This document shows positions 14,534-25,631 of a stretch of DNA of 64,000 nt, one piece after another (within the stretch, counting starts at the first letter, position 1; every line of letters begins with the position of its first letter). The DNA lies in sequence record PX421306.1, one strand, 5' to 3'. This DNA is from a phage. The position numbers were made by a program, and so were the translations under genes. The notes below the pieces were generated by a model, which saw only the letters and a program-made list of their open reading frames with translations, did not search any database and was not told the DNA's origin.

Positions 14534-15214
14534 TTATTTTAATGTTACGAAAGAAGAATTACGTGTTTCACGAATTAGAACTGATCCGTCACGATTAATG
14601 TAGTAAATTAAGCTAAATAAAGTTTGGTGTGCCGACGCATGTTCAAAACTAGTTGGGTGAGATTTCCAATCCGGAGTTTCAGCAATCCACTGGTAAATCC
14701 ACCAAGGAACAGTACAGAATCCTGGATTTTTTCCAATCAGCTGAAGATTCGGACTAAAGTTTTCCGGAAGAGTAAATACAGACGGCTTTTCAGATTCAAT
14801 AATCTCAGCTACAGCCTGCTCGAATTTTTCTTCAACAAAAGGAGTATCTTCAATCAAAACATCGGTATTTTCAGGAATTTTATCCATTTCTACTACTTCA
14901 ATTTTAATGTCAGATTTAACCGGAGAATCAATCAGAAGTGCTGCCTCTGGATTGACTTCTTCATCGTCATATTTTAATCCCTCTGCGGCATCAGCAGCAT
15001 TGATTAAGTCTTTAATAGATAACCCATCAGTCTCTGGCATAGGTTCACTAGCGAGCTTCTGGAGGGCTTCTTCAATATCATTAACGATATTATCAAAAGA
15101 TTTATTCTTTTTAACCTTTATACCAAACTGTTCAGCATATTCAGCTAATTTAGCTTTAGCTTCTTTATTATCATCAAGAGCCTTCAGCTCTGCAATATAA
15201 TCTTTATCTATCAT
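14534..15214 (-). CDS. inh: Inh, prohead protease inhibitor-like protein (226 aa)
   Basis: Acidic 226-aa ORF between hoc and uvsW as in T4. Confidence 0.7.
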   Translation of the reverse strand: MIDKDYIAELKALDDNKEAKAKLAEYAEQFGIKVKKNKSFDNIVNDIEEALQKLASEPMPETDGLSIKDLINAADAAEGLKYDDEEVNPEAALLIDSPVKSDIKIEVVEMDKIPENTDVLIEDTPFVEEKFEQAVAEIIESEKPSVFTLPENFSPNLQLIGKNPGFCTVPWWIYQWIAETPDWKSHPTSFEHASAHQTLFSLIYYINRDGSVLIRETRNSSFVTLK

Positions 15215-15227
15215 AATATTTCCTCAG

Positions 15228-15235
15228 TATAAATA
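15228..15235 (+). promoter_or_regulatory. Late promoter TATAAATA (uvsW)
   Basis: Exact octamer 30 nt upstream of uvsW ATG. Confidence 0.6.
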
Positions 15236-15264
15236 TAGATATATTTATTACATGGTATTTAGAC

Positions 15265-16776
15265 ATGACTGACATTAAAGTACATTTTTATGATTTTAGT
15301 CACGTGAGAATTGATTGTGAAGAAAGTACATTTCATGAACTCCGTGATTTCTTTAGCTTTGAAGCTGATGGGTATCGTTTTAATCCGAAGTACAAATATG
15401 GCCATTGGGATGGACGAATCCGTCTTTTAGATTATAATCGCCTTCTTCCGTTTGGCTTAGTCGGGCAAATTAAAAAGTTCTGTGATAACTTTGGCTATAA
15501 AGCTTGGATTGACCCACAGATTAACGAAAAAGAAGAATTATCAAGAAAAGATTTTGATGAATGGCTTTCTAAGTTAGAAATCTATTCAGGAAATAAAAGA
15601 ATTGAACCACACTGGTATCAAAAAGATGCAGTGTTCGAAGGATTAGTTAATCGTCGTAGAATTCTTAATCTTCCAACATCCGCAGGTAAATCTTTAATTC
15701 AAGCTTTGCTTGCTCGATATTATTTGGAAAATTATGAAGGTAAAATTCTTATCATTGTTCCAACAACTGCTTTAACAACTCAGATGGCTGATGACTTTGT
15801 TGACTATCGTTTATTCAGTCATGCAATGATAAAGAAAATCGGTGGTGGAGCATCAAAAGATGATAAATATAAAAATGATGCACCAGTCGTTGTTGGTACA
15901 TGGCAAACTGTAGTAAAACAACCGAAAGAATGGTTCTCACAGTTTGGAATGATGATGAATGATGAATGCCATCTTGCTACAGGAAAAAGTATTTCATCTA
16001 TCATATCAGGTTTAAATAACTGCATGTTTAAATTTGGTTTGTCCGGTTCATTGCGTGATGGCAAAGCTAATATCATGCAGTATGTTGGAATGTTTGGTGA
16101 AATATTTAAGCCAGTAACGACTTCTAAATTAATGGAAGATGGACAAGTAACTGAGTTAAAAATTAATAGTATTTTTCTTCGCTATCCTGATGAGTTCACT
16201 ACTAAATTAAAGGGAAAAACTTACCAAGAAGAAATAAAAATTATTACTGGGCTCAGTAAAAGAAATAAATGGATCGCTAAATTAGCTATTAAACTTGCAC
16301 AAAAAGATGAAAACGCTTTTGTCATGTTTAAACACGTATCGCACGGTAAAGCTATTTTCGATTTAATTAAAAATGAATACGATAAAGTTTATTACGTATC
16401 AGGGGAAGTTGATACCGAAACACGCAACGTAATGAAAACCCTAGCTGAAAACGGTAAAGGAATAATTATAGTAGCTAGTTATGGTGTATTTTCTACTGGT
16501 ATTTCAGTTAAAAATCTGCATCACGTTATTTTAGCACACGGTGTTAAATCTAAAATTATTGTATTGCAAACAATAGGTCGCGTATTACGTAAGCATGGTT
16601 CTAAAACAATCGCAACGGTCTGGGACCTCATTGATGATTGCGGTGTTAAGCCAAAATCTGCTAATACGAAAAAGAAATACGTTCATTTGAACTATCTTTT
16701 AAAACACGGCATTGATCGTATTCAGCGCTACGCAGATGAAAAATTTAATTACGTAATGAAAACAGTTAATTTATAA
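15265..16776 (+). CDS. uvsW: UvsW DNA helicase (503 aa)
   Basis: SF2 helicase motifs (PTSAGKS, DECH); T4 position. Confidence 0.93.
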   Translation: MTDIKVHFYDFSHVRIDCEESTFHELRDFFSFEADGYRFNPKYKYGHWDGRIRLLDYNRLLPFGLVGQIKKFCDNFGYKAWIDPQINEKEELSRKDFDEWLSKLEIYSGNKRIEPHWYQKDAVFEGLVNRRRILNLPTSAGKSLIQALLARYYLENYEGKILIIVPTTALTTQMADDFVDYRLFSHAMIKKIGGGASKDDKYKNDAPVVVGTWQTVVKQPKEWFSQFGMMMNDECHLATGKSISSIISGLNNCMFKFGLSGSLRDGKANIMQYVGMFGEIFKPVTTSKLMEDGQVTELKINSIFLRYPDEFTTKLKGKTYQEEIKIITGLSKRNKWIAKLAIKLAQKDENAFVMFKHVSHGKAIFDLIKNEYDKVYYVSGEVDTETRNVMKTLAENGKGIIIVASYGVFSTGISVKNLHHVILAHGVKSKIIVLQTIGRVLRKHGSKTIATVWDLIDDCGVKPKSANTKKKYVHLNYLLKHGIDRIQRYADEKFNYVMKTVNL

Positions 16777-16790
16777 GGGCTTCGGCCCTT
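16775..16790 (+). terminator. Hairpin after uvsW (GGGC-TTCG-GCCC)
   Basis: Stem-loop overlapping uvsW stop; weak U-tract. Confidence 0.5.
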
Positions 16791-16801
16791 TGGAGAAAAA
16801 G

Positions 16802-17032
16802 ATGTTACTAGAATTTAAACAATTTCTTTATGAAGCTTCTATTGATGAATTTATGGGTAAAATTGCATCATGTCAAACATTAGAAGGTCTAGAAGAACTT
16901 GAAGCTTATTACAAGAAAAGAGTTAAAGAAACTGAATTAAAAGACACTGATGACATCTCTGTGAGAGATGCTTTGGCAGGAAAAAGAGCTGAATTAGAAG
17001 ATTCAGACGATGAAGTAGAAGAAAGCTTTTAA
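16802..17032 (+). CDS. uvsW.1: UvsW.1 (76 aa from ATG 16802; track ORF starts at TTG 16790)
   Basis: SD GGAGAAAAAG before ATG; acidic small protein after uvsW. Confidence 0.7.
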   Translation: MLLEFKQFLYEASIDEFMGKIASCQTLEGLEELEAYYKKRVKETELKDTDDISVRDALAGKRAELEDSDDEVEESF

Positions 17033-17087
17033 ATTAAAAAAGGCCCAACCAAAAAGGAAGGGCCAAAACTATAGACTAAAGGTCACA

Positions 17088-17255
17088 CTATAGCAAAAGT
17101 TGTGTTTCATTTAATTGTTCTTCCGAACTTTCTGAAACTGGTAGTTCTTTAATGTAATTATAGCAAGGCCCAGGATGTACAGGACCTTTGTCTGTTTCAA
17201 CAACCAATGCAGAATCGATTGGAGTTTTACAGACAACACAAATCTTATCTGACAT
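17088..17255 (-). CDS. uvsY.-2: UvsY.-2-like small Cys-containing protein (55 aa), below the ORF-track cutoff
   Basis: Hand-translated: MSDKICVVCKTPIDSALVVETDKGPVHPGPCYNYIKELPVSESSEEQLNETQLLL*; CxxC...C. Confidence 0.6.
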   Translation of the reverse strand: MSDKICVVCKTPIDSALVVETDKGPVHPGPCYNYIKELPVSESSEEQLNETQLLL

Positions 17256-17285
17256 GATTGTCTCCTCTAAATTATATATATCTAT

Positions 17286-17510
17286 TTATATAACTCTCAT
17301 ATGCATATCAATGCCCATATCTTTAGAATAAAAATATTCATCAAGATATCCGGCAAATTTTCCTTTAATATAAAGTACATCTTCACCGCATGGGTGGTCG
17401 GCCAGGATACGAATATCCTGACGTTTGAGATTATACTTTTTCATTAAGAATTGAATTTCCGTTTCGAATTCTTCTTCATAATTAAAAGCATCATCAATGC
17501 TATATCTCAT
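17286..17510 (-). CDS. uvsY.-1: Hypothetical protein (uvsY.-1-like)
   Basis: 74-aa ORF abutting uvsY stop. Confidence 0.6.
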   Translation of the reverse strand: MRYSIDDAFNYEEEFETEIQFLMKKYNLKRQDIRILADHPCGEDVLYIKGKFAGYLDEYFYSKDMGIDMHMRVI

Positions 17511-17923
17511 TATTTTCCAGCCTCAAATGCTCGCATGTCTTGAATATGCTTAATAGCAAATCCACGTGATTTAATAGCATCAAGAGCTCCGCTACAGAAA
17601 TCCAATAAAATTCCCCAATATTGTAATGAAGTATCAACTTTTAAAACATCCTTATCAGCTGATAGAACTGTCTTCATTTCTGATTTCTCATAACGGTCCA
17701 TACTAAATTCATCACCATCTCCTCGTCCCGAGTAGTAGTCTAATTTAGCTTTAAGAGCAACTTTTTTCTGTGCGTCAATTCTAAGCATTTCCTTTTTAAT
17801 ACTTGAATGCTTATTGAGCCATTTACTATATAACATCACATTATTAGCTGCTTCATACTGTAATTTAGTCGAATCTATAAACACATCTTTCTTCAATTCT
17901 TCTTGAAGATCTTCTAATTTCAT
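17510..17923 (-). CDS. uvsY: UvsY recombination mediator (137 aa)
   Basis: 137 aa, T4 position upstream of gene 25. Confidence 0.9.
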   Translation of the reverse strand: MKLEDLQEELKKDVFIDSTKLQYEAANNVMLYSKWLNKHSSIKKEMLRIDAQKKVALKAKLDYYSGRGDGDEFSMDRYEKSEMKTVLSADKDVLKVDTSLQYWGILLDFCSGALDAIKSRGFAIKHIQDMRAFEAGK

Positions 17924-17989
17924 ATTGTTCTCTATTCAATTGTTATTGGATGGACTTAGATTCATTATACCACGTTTATACGTGAAGCA

Positions 17990-18388
17990 TTATACTCTGT
18001 TACTGGAAGCCAGTTGTAGTTTTATCTGCTCAATATCATCAGGATTATCGATGACCGAAAAGCGTATTTCTACTATCAGAGTATAATCATCATAAACTGG
18101 TATTACATTAACTGCTAATTTATCAATACGTGGCTCGTAGTTTCTTACTGCGCTTTCAATGTTACGCTCAACAGTATCAGCAGTAAGAGGAGTCATATTC
18201 TCAAAAAGCTGATCAGATAAATCGCATCCAAATTCTGGGTCAAATGGCCTTGACCCTTTCCTGGTTGTAATAATTCCTAAAAGACTATTTTTAATTGACC
18301 TTAATCCAAGAGATCTGGAAACGTCTTTGTCCCAATCCATTTTCATTTCTGGGTCAATGTCAGAATAAAGCTTATTAATATTTGCCAT
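17990..18388 (-). CDS. 25: Baseplate wedge protein gp25 (132 aa)
   Basis: 132 aa; T4 order uvsY-25-26. Confidence 0.92.
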   Translation of the reverse strand: MANINKLYSDIDPEMKMDWDKDVSRSLGLRSIKNSLLGIITTRKGSRPFDPEFGCDLSDQLFENMTPLTADTVERNIESAVRNYEPRIDKLAVNVIPVYDDYTLIVEIRFSVIDNPDDIEQIKLQLASSNRV

Positions 18389-19014
18389 TACAATAGCTCA
18401 AAGAATTCTTTGAGTCCTCTTATTACATGAGCGTGAGATTTTCCACACTCTGGACATTTAATTGGAACAGCCAAATAAACAGTAGGCTTTAAAAGCATAT
18501 CTTTTATAGCTACAATATCTGACTCTGTGATGATAGAATATAAATCTTCCAACTCTTTTTCATTCAAGTCTTCAATTGGAATGCTTTCACCGTTAGCATG
18601 AATTGTTTCTATACATGATACTATCATGTGGGCTATGTTTTTATCATCAAAAATTTTAGGGTAATGGAACTTAATTTTAATGTCGCCCAGTGTATACCAG
18701 AGGTCTTCTGGTGCATCTATTTGTGTATGTAATAGATTTATATGGGTTGGTATTTCAGTTCCACAGGTGCACTTCCAGGAGTTTTCGTGATTAACTTCTC
18801 CAAGAGAATGTGCCCATAAATGAATCAGCAGTAGTTCTGATTCTTGACGGTTTAAATCTTTTGCATTTGTACAGTCTTTAATTAGCTTTTTAACGATCTC
18901 TTCTACTGAACCGTTCTTTTTAGCAGTAATAAGTTCTAGATATTCTTTAAGAGTAAATGCGCGACAGTTGATTATTTTAGAACCAACTCTCACATCAAAT
19001 TTGTATTCATACAT
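18388..19014 (-). CDS. 26: Baseplate hub protein gp26 (208 aa)
   Basis: 208 aa, divergent from gene 51. Confidence 0.9.
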   Translation of the reverse strand: MYEYKFDVRVGSKIINCRAFTLKEYLELITAKKNGSVEEIVKKLIKDCTNAKDLNRQESELLLIHLWAHSLGEVNHENSWKCTCGTEIPTHINLLHTQIDAPEDLWYTLGDIKIKFHYPKIFDDKNIAHMIVSCIETIHANGESIPIEDLNEKELEDLYSIITESDIVAIKDMLLKPTVYLAVPIKCPECGKSHAHVIRGLKEFFELL

Positions 19015-19035
19015 ATTTAGCTCCTTTATTTATCA

Positions 19036-19047
19036 TATTTATAAATA
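19036..19047. promoter_or_regulatory. Overlapping divergent late promoters: TATAAATA on + (19040-19047, gene 51) and on - (19036-19043, gene 26)
   Basis: tatttataaata contains the octamer on both strands. Confidence 0.65.
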
Positions 19048-19064
19048 GAATAAAAGGAGCATCT

Positions 19065-19814
19065 ATGGCAAACATTATTCGTTGTAAATTACCAGATGGT
19101 GTTCATCGTTTTAAACCATTTACGGTAGAAGATTATCGAGATTTTTTGTTAGTTCGAAACGATATAGAACATCGGTCACCACAAGAACAAAAAGAAATAA
19201 TTGCTGATTTAATTGCCGATTATTTTGGAGACTATCCGAAGACTTGGCAACCATTTATATTTTTGCAGGTATTTGTAGGGTCAATAGGTAAAACTAAAGT
19301 ACCGGTCACATTTGTATGTCCAAAATGTAAAAAAGAAAAGACAGTTCCATTTGAAATATATCAAAAAGAATTAAAGGAACCTGTTTTTGATGTAGCTAAT
19401 GTTAAAATTAAATTAAAGTTTCCTTCTGAGTTTTATGAAAATAAAGCAAAGATGATTACTGAAAATATTCATTCTGTTCAAGTAGATGAAATGTGGTATG
19501 ATTGGAATGAAATTAGCGAATCAAGTCAAATAGAACTTGTTGATGCCATCGAGATAGAAACATTAGAAAAAATTCTCGATGCAATGAATCCTATTAATTT
19601 AACATTGCATATGTCATGTTGTAATAAGTATGTAAAAAAATACACTGATATAGTAGATGTGTTTAAGCTATTAGTTAACCCAGATGAAATATTTACTTTT
19701 TATCAAATCAATCACACGCTCGTAAAAAGTAATTATAGCTTAAATTCAATAATGAAAATGATTCCTGCTGAGCGCGGATTCGTATTAAAACTGATTGAGA
19801 AGGATAAACAATAA
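19065..19814 (+). CDS. 51: Baseplate hub assembly catalyst gp51 (249 aa)
   Basis: 249 aa, TATAAATA at 19040-19047. Confidence 0.9.
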   Translation: MANIIRCKLPDGVHRFKPFTVEDYRDFLLVRNDIEHRSPQEQKEIIADLIADYFGDYPKTWQPFIFLQVFVGSIGKTKVPVTFVCPKCKKEKTVPFEIYQKELKEPVFDVANVKIKLKFPSEFYENKAKMITENIHSVQVDEMWYDWNEISESSQIELVDAIEIETLEKILDAMNPINLTLHMSCCNKYVKKYTDIVDVFKLLVNPDEIFTFYQINHTLVKSNYSLNSIMKMIPAERGFVLKLIEKDKQ

Positions 19815-20989
19815 TGAGTATGTTGCAACGCCCAGGATATCCAAATCTCAGCGTTAAATTATTTGATAGCTACGACGCTTGGAGTAATAATAGATTTGTT
19901 GAATTAGCTGCTACTATTACCACATTAACTATGCGGGATTCTCTTTATGGCCGAAATGAAGGAATGCTGCAGTTTTATGATTCTAAAAACATCCATACAA
20001 AAATGGATGGAAATGAAATAATTCAGATTTCTGTAGCTAATGCAAACGATATTAATAATGTTAAAACACGAATTTATGGATGTAAGCATTTTTCTGTATC
20101 TGTAGATTCAAAGGGTGATAACATCATTGCTATTGAATTGGGAACTATTCATTCTATAGAAAATCTTAAATTTGGCAGACCGTTTTTCTCTGATGCAGGT
20201 GAATCTATAAAGGAAATGCTTGGTGTCATTTATCAGGATCGCACGTTATTAACTCCAGCAATAAATGCTATAAATGCTTATGTTCCTGATATTCCATGGA
20301 CTAGCACATTTGAAAACTATTTGTCGTATGTTAGAGAAGTTGCTCTAGCTGTAGGAAGTGACAAATTTGTATTTGTGTGGCAAGACATCATGGGAGTTAA
20401 CATGATGGACTATGATATGATGATAAATCAAGAACCATATCCAATGATTGTCGGTGAGCCATCTTTAATAGGTCAATTCATCCAAGAATTAAAATATCCA
20501 TTAGCATATGATTTCGTTTGGTTGACTAAATCGAATCCTCACAAACGTGACCCAATGAAAAACGCTACTATCTATGCGCATTCATTTTTAGATTCTTCAT
20601 TGCCAATGATTACTACAGGAAAGGGCGAAAACTCTATTGTAGTATCAAGGTCAGGTGCTTATTCTGAAATGACTTATAGGAATGGATATGAAGAAGCTAT
20701 TCGTCTTCAAACTATGGCACAATACGATGGCTATGCTAAATGTTCTACTGTCGGTAATTTTAACTTGACTCCTGGCGTTAAAATTATTTTTAATGATAGT
20801 AAAAACCAATTTAAAACAGAATTTTACGTTGATGAAGTTATCCATGAATTATCAAATAATAATTCAGTAACACATCTATATATGTTCACTAATGCAACGA
20901 AACTGGAAACAATAGACCCAGTTAAGGTTAAAAATGAATTTAAATCTGATACTACCACTGAAGAAAGTAGTTCTTCCAATAAGCAATAA
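19814..20989 (+). CDS. 27: Baseplate hub protein gp27 (391 aa)
   Basis: 391 aa, T4 order 51-27-28-29. Confidence 0.93.
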   Translation: MSMLQRPGYPNLSVKLFDSYDAWSNNRFVELAATITTLTMRDSLYGRNEGMLQFYDSKNIHTKMDGNEIIQISVANANDINNVKTRIYGCKHFSVSVDSKGDNIIAIELGTIHSIENLKFGRPFFSDAGESIKEMLGVIYQDRTLLTPAINAINAYVPDIPWTSTFENYLSYVREVALAVGSDKFVFVWQDIMGVNMMDYDMMINQEPYPMIVGEPSLIGQFIQELKYPLAYDFVWLTKSNPHKRDPMKNATIYAHSFLDSSLPMITTGKGENSIVVSRSGAYSEMTYRNGYEEAIRLQTMAQYDGYAKCSTVGNFNLTPGVKIIFNDSKNQFKTEFYVDEVIHELSNNNSVTHLYMFTNATKLETIDPVKVKNEFKSDTTTEESSSSNKQ

Positions 20990-21467
20990 AGAAGTTTCTA
21001 TTCCTAAAATGGGTCTTAAACACTATAACATTTTAAAAGATGTTAAAGGTCCTGATGAAAATTTAAAACTTCTTATTGATTCTATTTGTCCGAATTTATC
21101 ACCGGCAGAAGTTGATTTCGTTTCTATTCATTTATTGGAATTTAATGGAAAGATTAAATCTCGTAAAGAAATAGATGGTTATACTTATGACATTAATGAT
21201 GTTTATGTATGCCAAAGATTGGAATTTCAATACCAAGGAAATACATTTTATTTTAGACCGCCTGGAAAATTTGAACAATTTTTAACTGTGAGCGATATGT
21301 TATCCAAATGCTTGCTTAAGGTCAATGATGAAGTTAAAGAAATTAATTTTCTTGAGATGCCAGCATTCGTTTTAAAATGGGCAAATGATATTTTTACAAC
21401 TTTAGCAATTCCTGGCCCTAATGGTCCAATAATCGGAATTGGCAATATTATTGGATTATTTGAATGA
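20934..21467 (+). CDS. 28: Baseplate hub distal subunit gp28 (177 aa)
   Basis: 177 aa overlapping gp27 3' end. Confidence 0.88.
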   Translation: MNLNLILPLKKVVLPISNKEVSIPKMGLKHYNILKDVKGPDENLKLLIDSICPNLSPAEVDFVSIHLLEFNGKIKSRKEIDGYTYDINDVYVCQRLEFQYQGNTFYFRPPGKFEQFLTVSDMLSKCLLKVNDEVKEINFLEMPAFVLKWANDIFTTLAIPGPNGPIIGIGNIIGLFE

Positions 21468-23236
21468 AAAAGCCACAAGAAATGCAAACGATGCGTAGAA
21501 AAGTTATTTCAGATAATAAACCAACACAGGAAGCGGCTAAATCCGCTTCTAACACTTTATCTGGACTTAACGATATATCTACGAAATTGGATGATGCTCA
21601 AGCTGCTTCTGAATTAATTGCTCAAACTGTCGAAGAAAAATCGAATGAAATAATTGGAGCAATTGACAACGTAGAAAGCGCAGTGAGTGATACTACTGCC
21701 GGTTCTGAGTTAATTGCTGAAACTGTCGAAATTGGCAATAATATTAATAAAGAAATCGGTGAATCACTCGGGAGCAAATTAGATAAATTAACAAGTTTAC
21801 TAGAACAAAAAATTCAGACAGCTGGAATTCAACAGACGGGAACTAGTTTAGCTACGGTTGAAAGCGCTATTCCTGTTAAAGTTGTTGAGGATGATACAGC
21901 TGAATCTGTGGGTCCTTTATTACCGGCTCCTGAAGCAGTTAATAATGATCCTGATGCTGATTTTTTCCCTACCCCTCAGCCAGTTGAACCCAAACAAGAA
22001 TCGCCAGAAGAAAAACAGAAAAAAGACGCATTTAACTTAAAATTATCTCAAGCTTTAGATAAATTAACAAAGACTGTTGATTTTGGATTTAAGAAATCCA
22101 TTTCAATTACTGATAAAATATCGAGCATGTTATTTAAGTATACTGTCAGTGCTGCTATTGAAGCCGCTAAAATGACTGCAATGATATTGGCTGTTGTTGT
22201 TGGAATAGATCTGCTGATGGTTCACTTTAAATATTGGTCAGATAAATTTTCACAGGCATGGGATTTATTTAGTACAGACTTTACTAAATTCTCTAGTGAA
22301 ACAGGAACATGGGGTCCTTTATTACAGAGCATCTTTAGTTCTATTGATGAAATTAAAAAATTCTGGGAAGAGGGAGATTGGGGCGGTTTGACGGTAGCTA
22401 TTGTAGAAGGGCTTGGAAAGGTTCTTTATAATTTAGGAGAACTTATTCAGCTTGGAATGGCTAAATTATCTGCTGCAATTCTTCGAGTCATTCCTGGCAT
22501 GAAGGATACCGCTGATGAAGTAGAAGGAAGAGCACTAGAAAATTTCCAAAATTCTACTGGAGCATCTCTCAATAAAGAAGACCAGGAAAAAGTTGCAAAT
22601 TATCAAGATAAACGAATGAACGGAGACCTTGGTCCGATAGCAAAAGGATTAGATAAAATTGCTAATTGGAAAACTCGTGCATCTAACTGGATTCGTGGCG
22701 TTGATAATAAAGAAGCACTAACTACCGACGAAGAACGTGCAGCAGAAGAAGAAAAATTAAAGCAACTTTCACCAGAAGAAAGAAAAAATGCTTTAATGAA
22801 GGCTAATGAAGCCCGTGCCGCGATGATTCGTTTTGAAAAATACGCTGATTCGGCTGATATGAGTAAAGACTCAACGGTTAAATCAGTTGAAGCTGCCTAT
22901 GAAGACCTTAAAAAACGGATGGATGACCCAGATTTAAATAATTCACCGGCAGTTAAAAAAGAACTTGCTGCTAGATTTTCTAAAATTGATGCTACTTATC
23001 AAGAGCTCAAGAAAAATCAGCCTAATGCCAAACCTGAAACTTCTGCTAAATCGCCAGAAGCAAAACAAGTCCAGGTAATAGAAAAGAACAAAGCACAGCA
23101 AGCTCCTGTTCAACAAGCATCTCCTTCGATCAATAATACTAATAATGTTGTTAAGAAAAATACTGTCGTTCATAATATGACACCCGTAACGAGCACGACT
23201 GCTCCTGGTGTATTTGATGCGACTGGAGTTAATTAA
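21464..23236 (+). CDS. 29: Tape measure / tail length determinator gp29 (590 aa)
   Basis: 590 aa, internal hydrophobic segment. Confidence 0.92.
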   Translation: MKKPQEMQTMRRKVISDNKPTQEAAKSASNTLSGLNDISTKLDDAQAASELIAQTVEEKSNEIIGAIDNVESAVSDTTAGSELIAETVEIGNNINKEIGESLGSKLDKLTSLLEQKIQTAGIQQTGTSLATVESAIPVKVVEDDTAESVGPLLPAPEAVNNDPDADFFPTPQPVEPKQESPEEKQKKDAFNLKLSQALDKLTKTVDFGFKKSISITDKISSMLFKYTVSAAIEAAKMTAMILAVVVGIDLLMVHFKYWSDKFSQAWDLFSTDFTKFSSETGTWGPLLQSIFSSIDEIKKFWEEGDWGGLTVAIVEGLGKVLYNLGELIQLGMAKLSAAILRVIPGMKDTADEVEGRALENFQNSTGASLNKEDQEKVANYQDKRMNGDLGPIAKGLDKIANWKTRASNWIRGVDNKEALTTDEERAAEEEKLKQLSPEERKNALMKANEARAAMIRFEKYADSADMSKDSTVKSVEAAYEDLKKRMDDPDLNNSPAVKKELAARFSKIDATYQELKKNQPNAKPETSAKSPEAKQVQVIEKNKAQQAPVQQASPSINNTNNVVKKNTVVHNMTPVTSTTAPGVFDATGVN

Positions 23237-23244
23237 GGAATAAT

Positions 23245-24339
23245 ATGGCAATTGTTAAAGAAATAACTGCTGATTTAATTAAAAAGTCCGGTGAGAAAAT
23301 TTCAGCCGGACAGAGTACTAAATCAGAAGTAGTAACTAAAACATACACTGCCCAGTTTCCAACTGGGCGTGCTAGTGGTAATGACACTACAGGGGACTTC
23401 CAGGTAACAGATCTATATAAGAATGGATTATTATTTACTGCATACAATATGTCATCTAGGGATTCTGGAAGTCTTAGATCGATGAGATCTAACTACTCTT
23501 CTTCATCTTCGAGTATTTTAAGTACAGCTAGAAACACTATTAGTAGTACAGTATCAAAACTATCAAATGGATTAATATCAAACAATAATTCAGGAACAAT
23601 AAGTAAAGCTCCTGTGGCAAATATTCTTTTACCGAGATCTAAATCTGATGTTGATACATCATCACACAGATTTAATGATGTTCAAGAAAGTCTTATCAGC
23701 AGAGGCGGAGGTACTGCTACTGGCGTGTTAAGTAATATTGCTTCAACTGCAGTATTTGGGGCACTGGAAAGTATAACGCAAGGTATAATGGCTGATAATA
23801 ATGAACAGATTTATACGACAGCCAGAAGTATGTATGGCGGTGCTGAGAATAGAACTAAAGTGTTTACATGGGATTTGACGCCACGTTCAACAGAAGATTT
23901 AATGGCTATTATTAATATCTATCAATATTTTAACTATTTTTCTTATGGTGAAACGGGTAAATCTCAATATGCTGCTGAAATAAAGGGGTATTTAGATGAT
24001 TGGTATCGTTCTACGTTAATTGAACCTTTATCTCCGGAAGACGCAGCTAAAAATAAAACACTATTTGAGAAAATGACATCGAGTTTAACTAACGTTCTAG
24101 TAGTTTCAAACCCGACAATTTGGATGGTGAAAAACTTTGGCGCAACATCTAAGTTTGATGGAAAAACGGAAATATTTGGCCCATGCCAAATACAGAGCAT
24201 CAGATTTGATAAAACACCTAATGGTAACTTTAACGGATTAGCTATTGCTCCAAACCTCCCTAGTACATTTACTCTTGAGATTACTATGAGAGAAATTATC
24301 ACGTTAAACCGTGCTTCTTTATATGCGGGGACTTTTTAA
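23245..24339 (+). CDS. 48: Baseplate-tail tube initiator gp48 (364 aa)
   Basis: 364 aa. Confidence 0.92.
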   Translation: MAIVKEITADLIKKSGEKISAGQSTKSEVVTKTYTAQFPTGRASGNDTTGDFQVTDLYKNGLLFTAYNMSSRDSGSLRSMRSNYSSSSSSILSTARNTISSTVSKLSNGLISNNNSGTISKAPVANILLPRSKSDVDTSSHRFNDVQESLISRGGGTATGVLSNIASTAVFGALESITQGIMADNNEQIYTTARSMYGGAENRTKVFTWDLTPRSTEDLMAIINIYQYFNYFSYGETGKSQYAAEIKGYLDDWYRSTLIEPLSPEDAAKNKTLFEKMTSSLTNVLVVSNPTIWMVKNFGATSKFDGKTEIFGPCQIQSIRFDKTPNGNFNGLAIAPNLPSTFTLEITMREIITLNRASLYAGTF

Positions 24340-25304
24340 TGTATTCTTTAGAGGAATTTAATAATCAAGCAATAAACGCAGATTTCCAACGTAATAATAT
24401 GTTTAGCTGCGTTTTTGCGACAACTCCATCAACTAAAAGCTCTTCGTTGATAAGTTCAATTAGCAACTTTTCTTATAATAACTTGGGTCTAAATTCAGAT
24501 TGGTTAGGATTGACTCAAGGCGATATTAATCAGGGAATTACCACGCTAATTACTGCTGGCACACAAAAACTGATAAGAAAATCAGGGGTTAGTAAATATC
24601 TTATTGGTGCCATGAGTCAACGTACAGTTCAAAGTTTATTGGGCTCATTTACAGTTGGTACATATTTAATTGACTTCTTTAACATGGCATATAACTCATC
24701 TGGATTGATGATATATTCCGTAAAAATGCCAGAGAATAGATTATCCTATGAAACTGACTGGAACTATAATTCTCCTAATATTCGTATAACTGGGAGAGAA
24801 TTAGACCCTTTGGTTATTTCATTTAGGATGGATTCAGAAGCTTGTAACTATCGTGCAATGCAAGACTGGGTTAATGCTGTTCAAGACCCAGTAACTGGAC
24901 TGCGTGCTTTGCCGCAAGATGTCGAGGCAGATATTCAGGTTAATCTTCATGCTCGTAATGGATTACCTCATACTGCGGTGATGTTCACCGGATGCATTCC
25001 AGTGTCAGTGAGCGCTCCTGAGTTATCATATGATGGAGATAACCAAATAACTACATTTGATGTTACTTTTGCGTATAGAGTCATGCAGGCTGGAGCAGTT
25101 GATAGACAAGCTGCGCTTGAATGGCTTGAATCCGCTGCTATAAACGGTATTCAAAGCGTTCTCGGAAATAGCGGAGGCGTTACTGGACTATCTAATTCGC
25201 TTTCACGACTTAGTAGATTAGGAGGAACTGCTGGAAGCATTTCAAACATTAATACTATGACGGGAATTGTCAACTCGCAAAGTAAAATATTAGGAGCAAT
25301 ATAA
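24339..25304 (+). CDS. 54: Baseplate-tail tube initiator gp54 (321 aa)
   Basis: 321 aa; strong hairpin terminator follows. Confidence 0.92.
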   Translation: MYSLEEFNNQAINADFQRNNMFSCVFATTPSTKSSSLISSISNFSYNNLGLNSDWLGLTQGDINQGITTLITAGTQKLIRKSGVSKYLIGAMSQRTVQSLLGSFTVGTYLIDFFNMAYNSSGLMIYSVKMPENRLSYETDWNYNSPNIRITGRELDPLVISFRMDSEACNYRAMQDWVNAVQDPVTGLRALPQDVEADIQVNLHARNGLPHTAVMFTGCIPVSVSAPELSYDGDNQITTFDVTFAYRVMQAGAVDRQAALEWLESAAINGIQSVLGNSGGVTGLSNSLSRLSRLGGTAGSISNINTMTGIVNSQSKILGAI

Positions 25305-25307
25305 CAA

Positions 25308-25338
25308 TGGGGACCTTTCGGTCCCCATGTTTTTATTT
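25308..25338 (+). terminator. Intrinsic terminator after gene 54 (TGGGGACC-TTTC-GGTCCCCA + TGTTTTTATTT)
   Basis: 8-bp GC stem and U-run. Confidence 0.85.
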
Positions 25339-25623
25339 ACGGAATGAAATAAAAGCAGAAACTGAAGCAACTAAACTGTCTTCAATATAAACTTCAATTT
25401 TTACTGGAGCTTCTGATTCAAATTTACCTGTTACTACACCTTGGAAAATGCTTTCAGTCTGTTCTGGCTTTGAAAAATTTTCAGAAGGAAAAATTCCGAA
25501 CTTTTTATCTGTTCCAAAAATTTTGATAAATTCATCATAAACTGCTTCATTAAAAGCGTTATCAGCAGGAATAACGCCTTCAACTACAAGTTCTTGACCT
25601 AAAAAGCGTAAAGAAGATTTCAT
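25333..25623 (-). CDS. Hypothetical protein (96 aa) downstream of the alt genes
   Basis: ORF with SD GAGGAACA; driven by early-promoter cassette copy A. Confidence 0.5.
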   Translation of the reverse strand: MKSSLRFLGQELVVEGVIPADNAFNEAVYDEFIKIFGTDKKFGIFPSENFSKPEQTESIFQGVVTGKFESEAPVKIEVYIEDSLVASVSAFISFRK

Positions 25624-25631
25624 TTTGTGTT

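Noticed and set aside
14624-15200. Plus-strand ORFs of 117 and 97 aa
   Set aside because: Both lie antisense within inh; no promoter or SD context.
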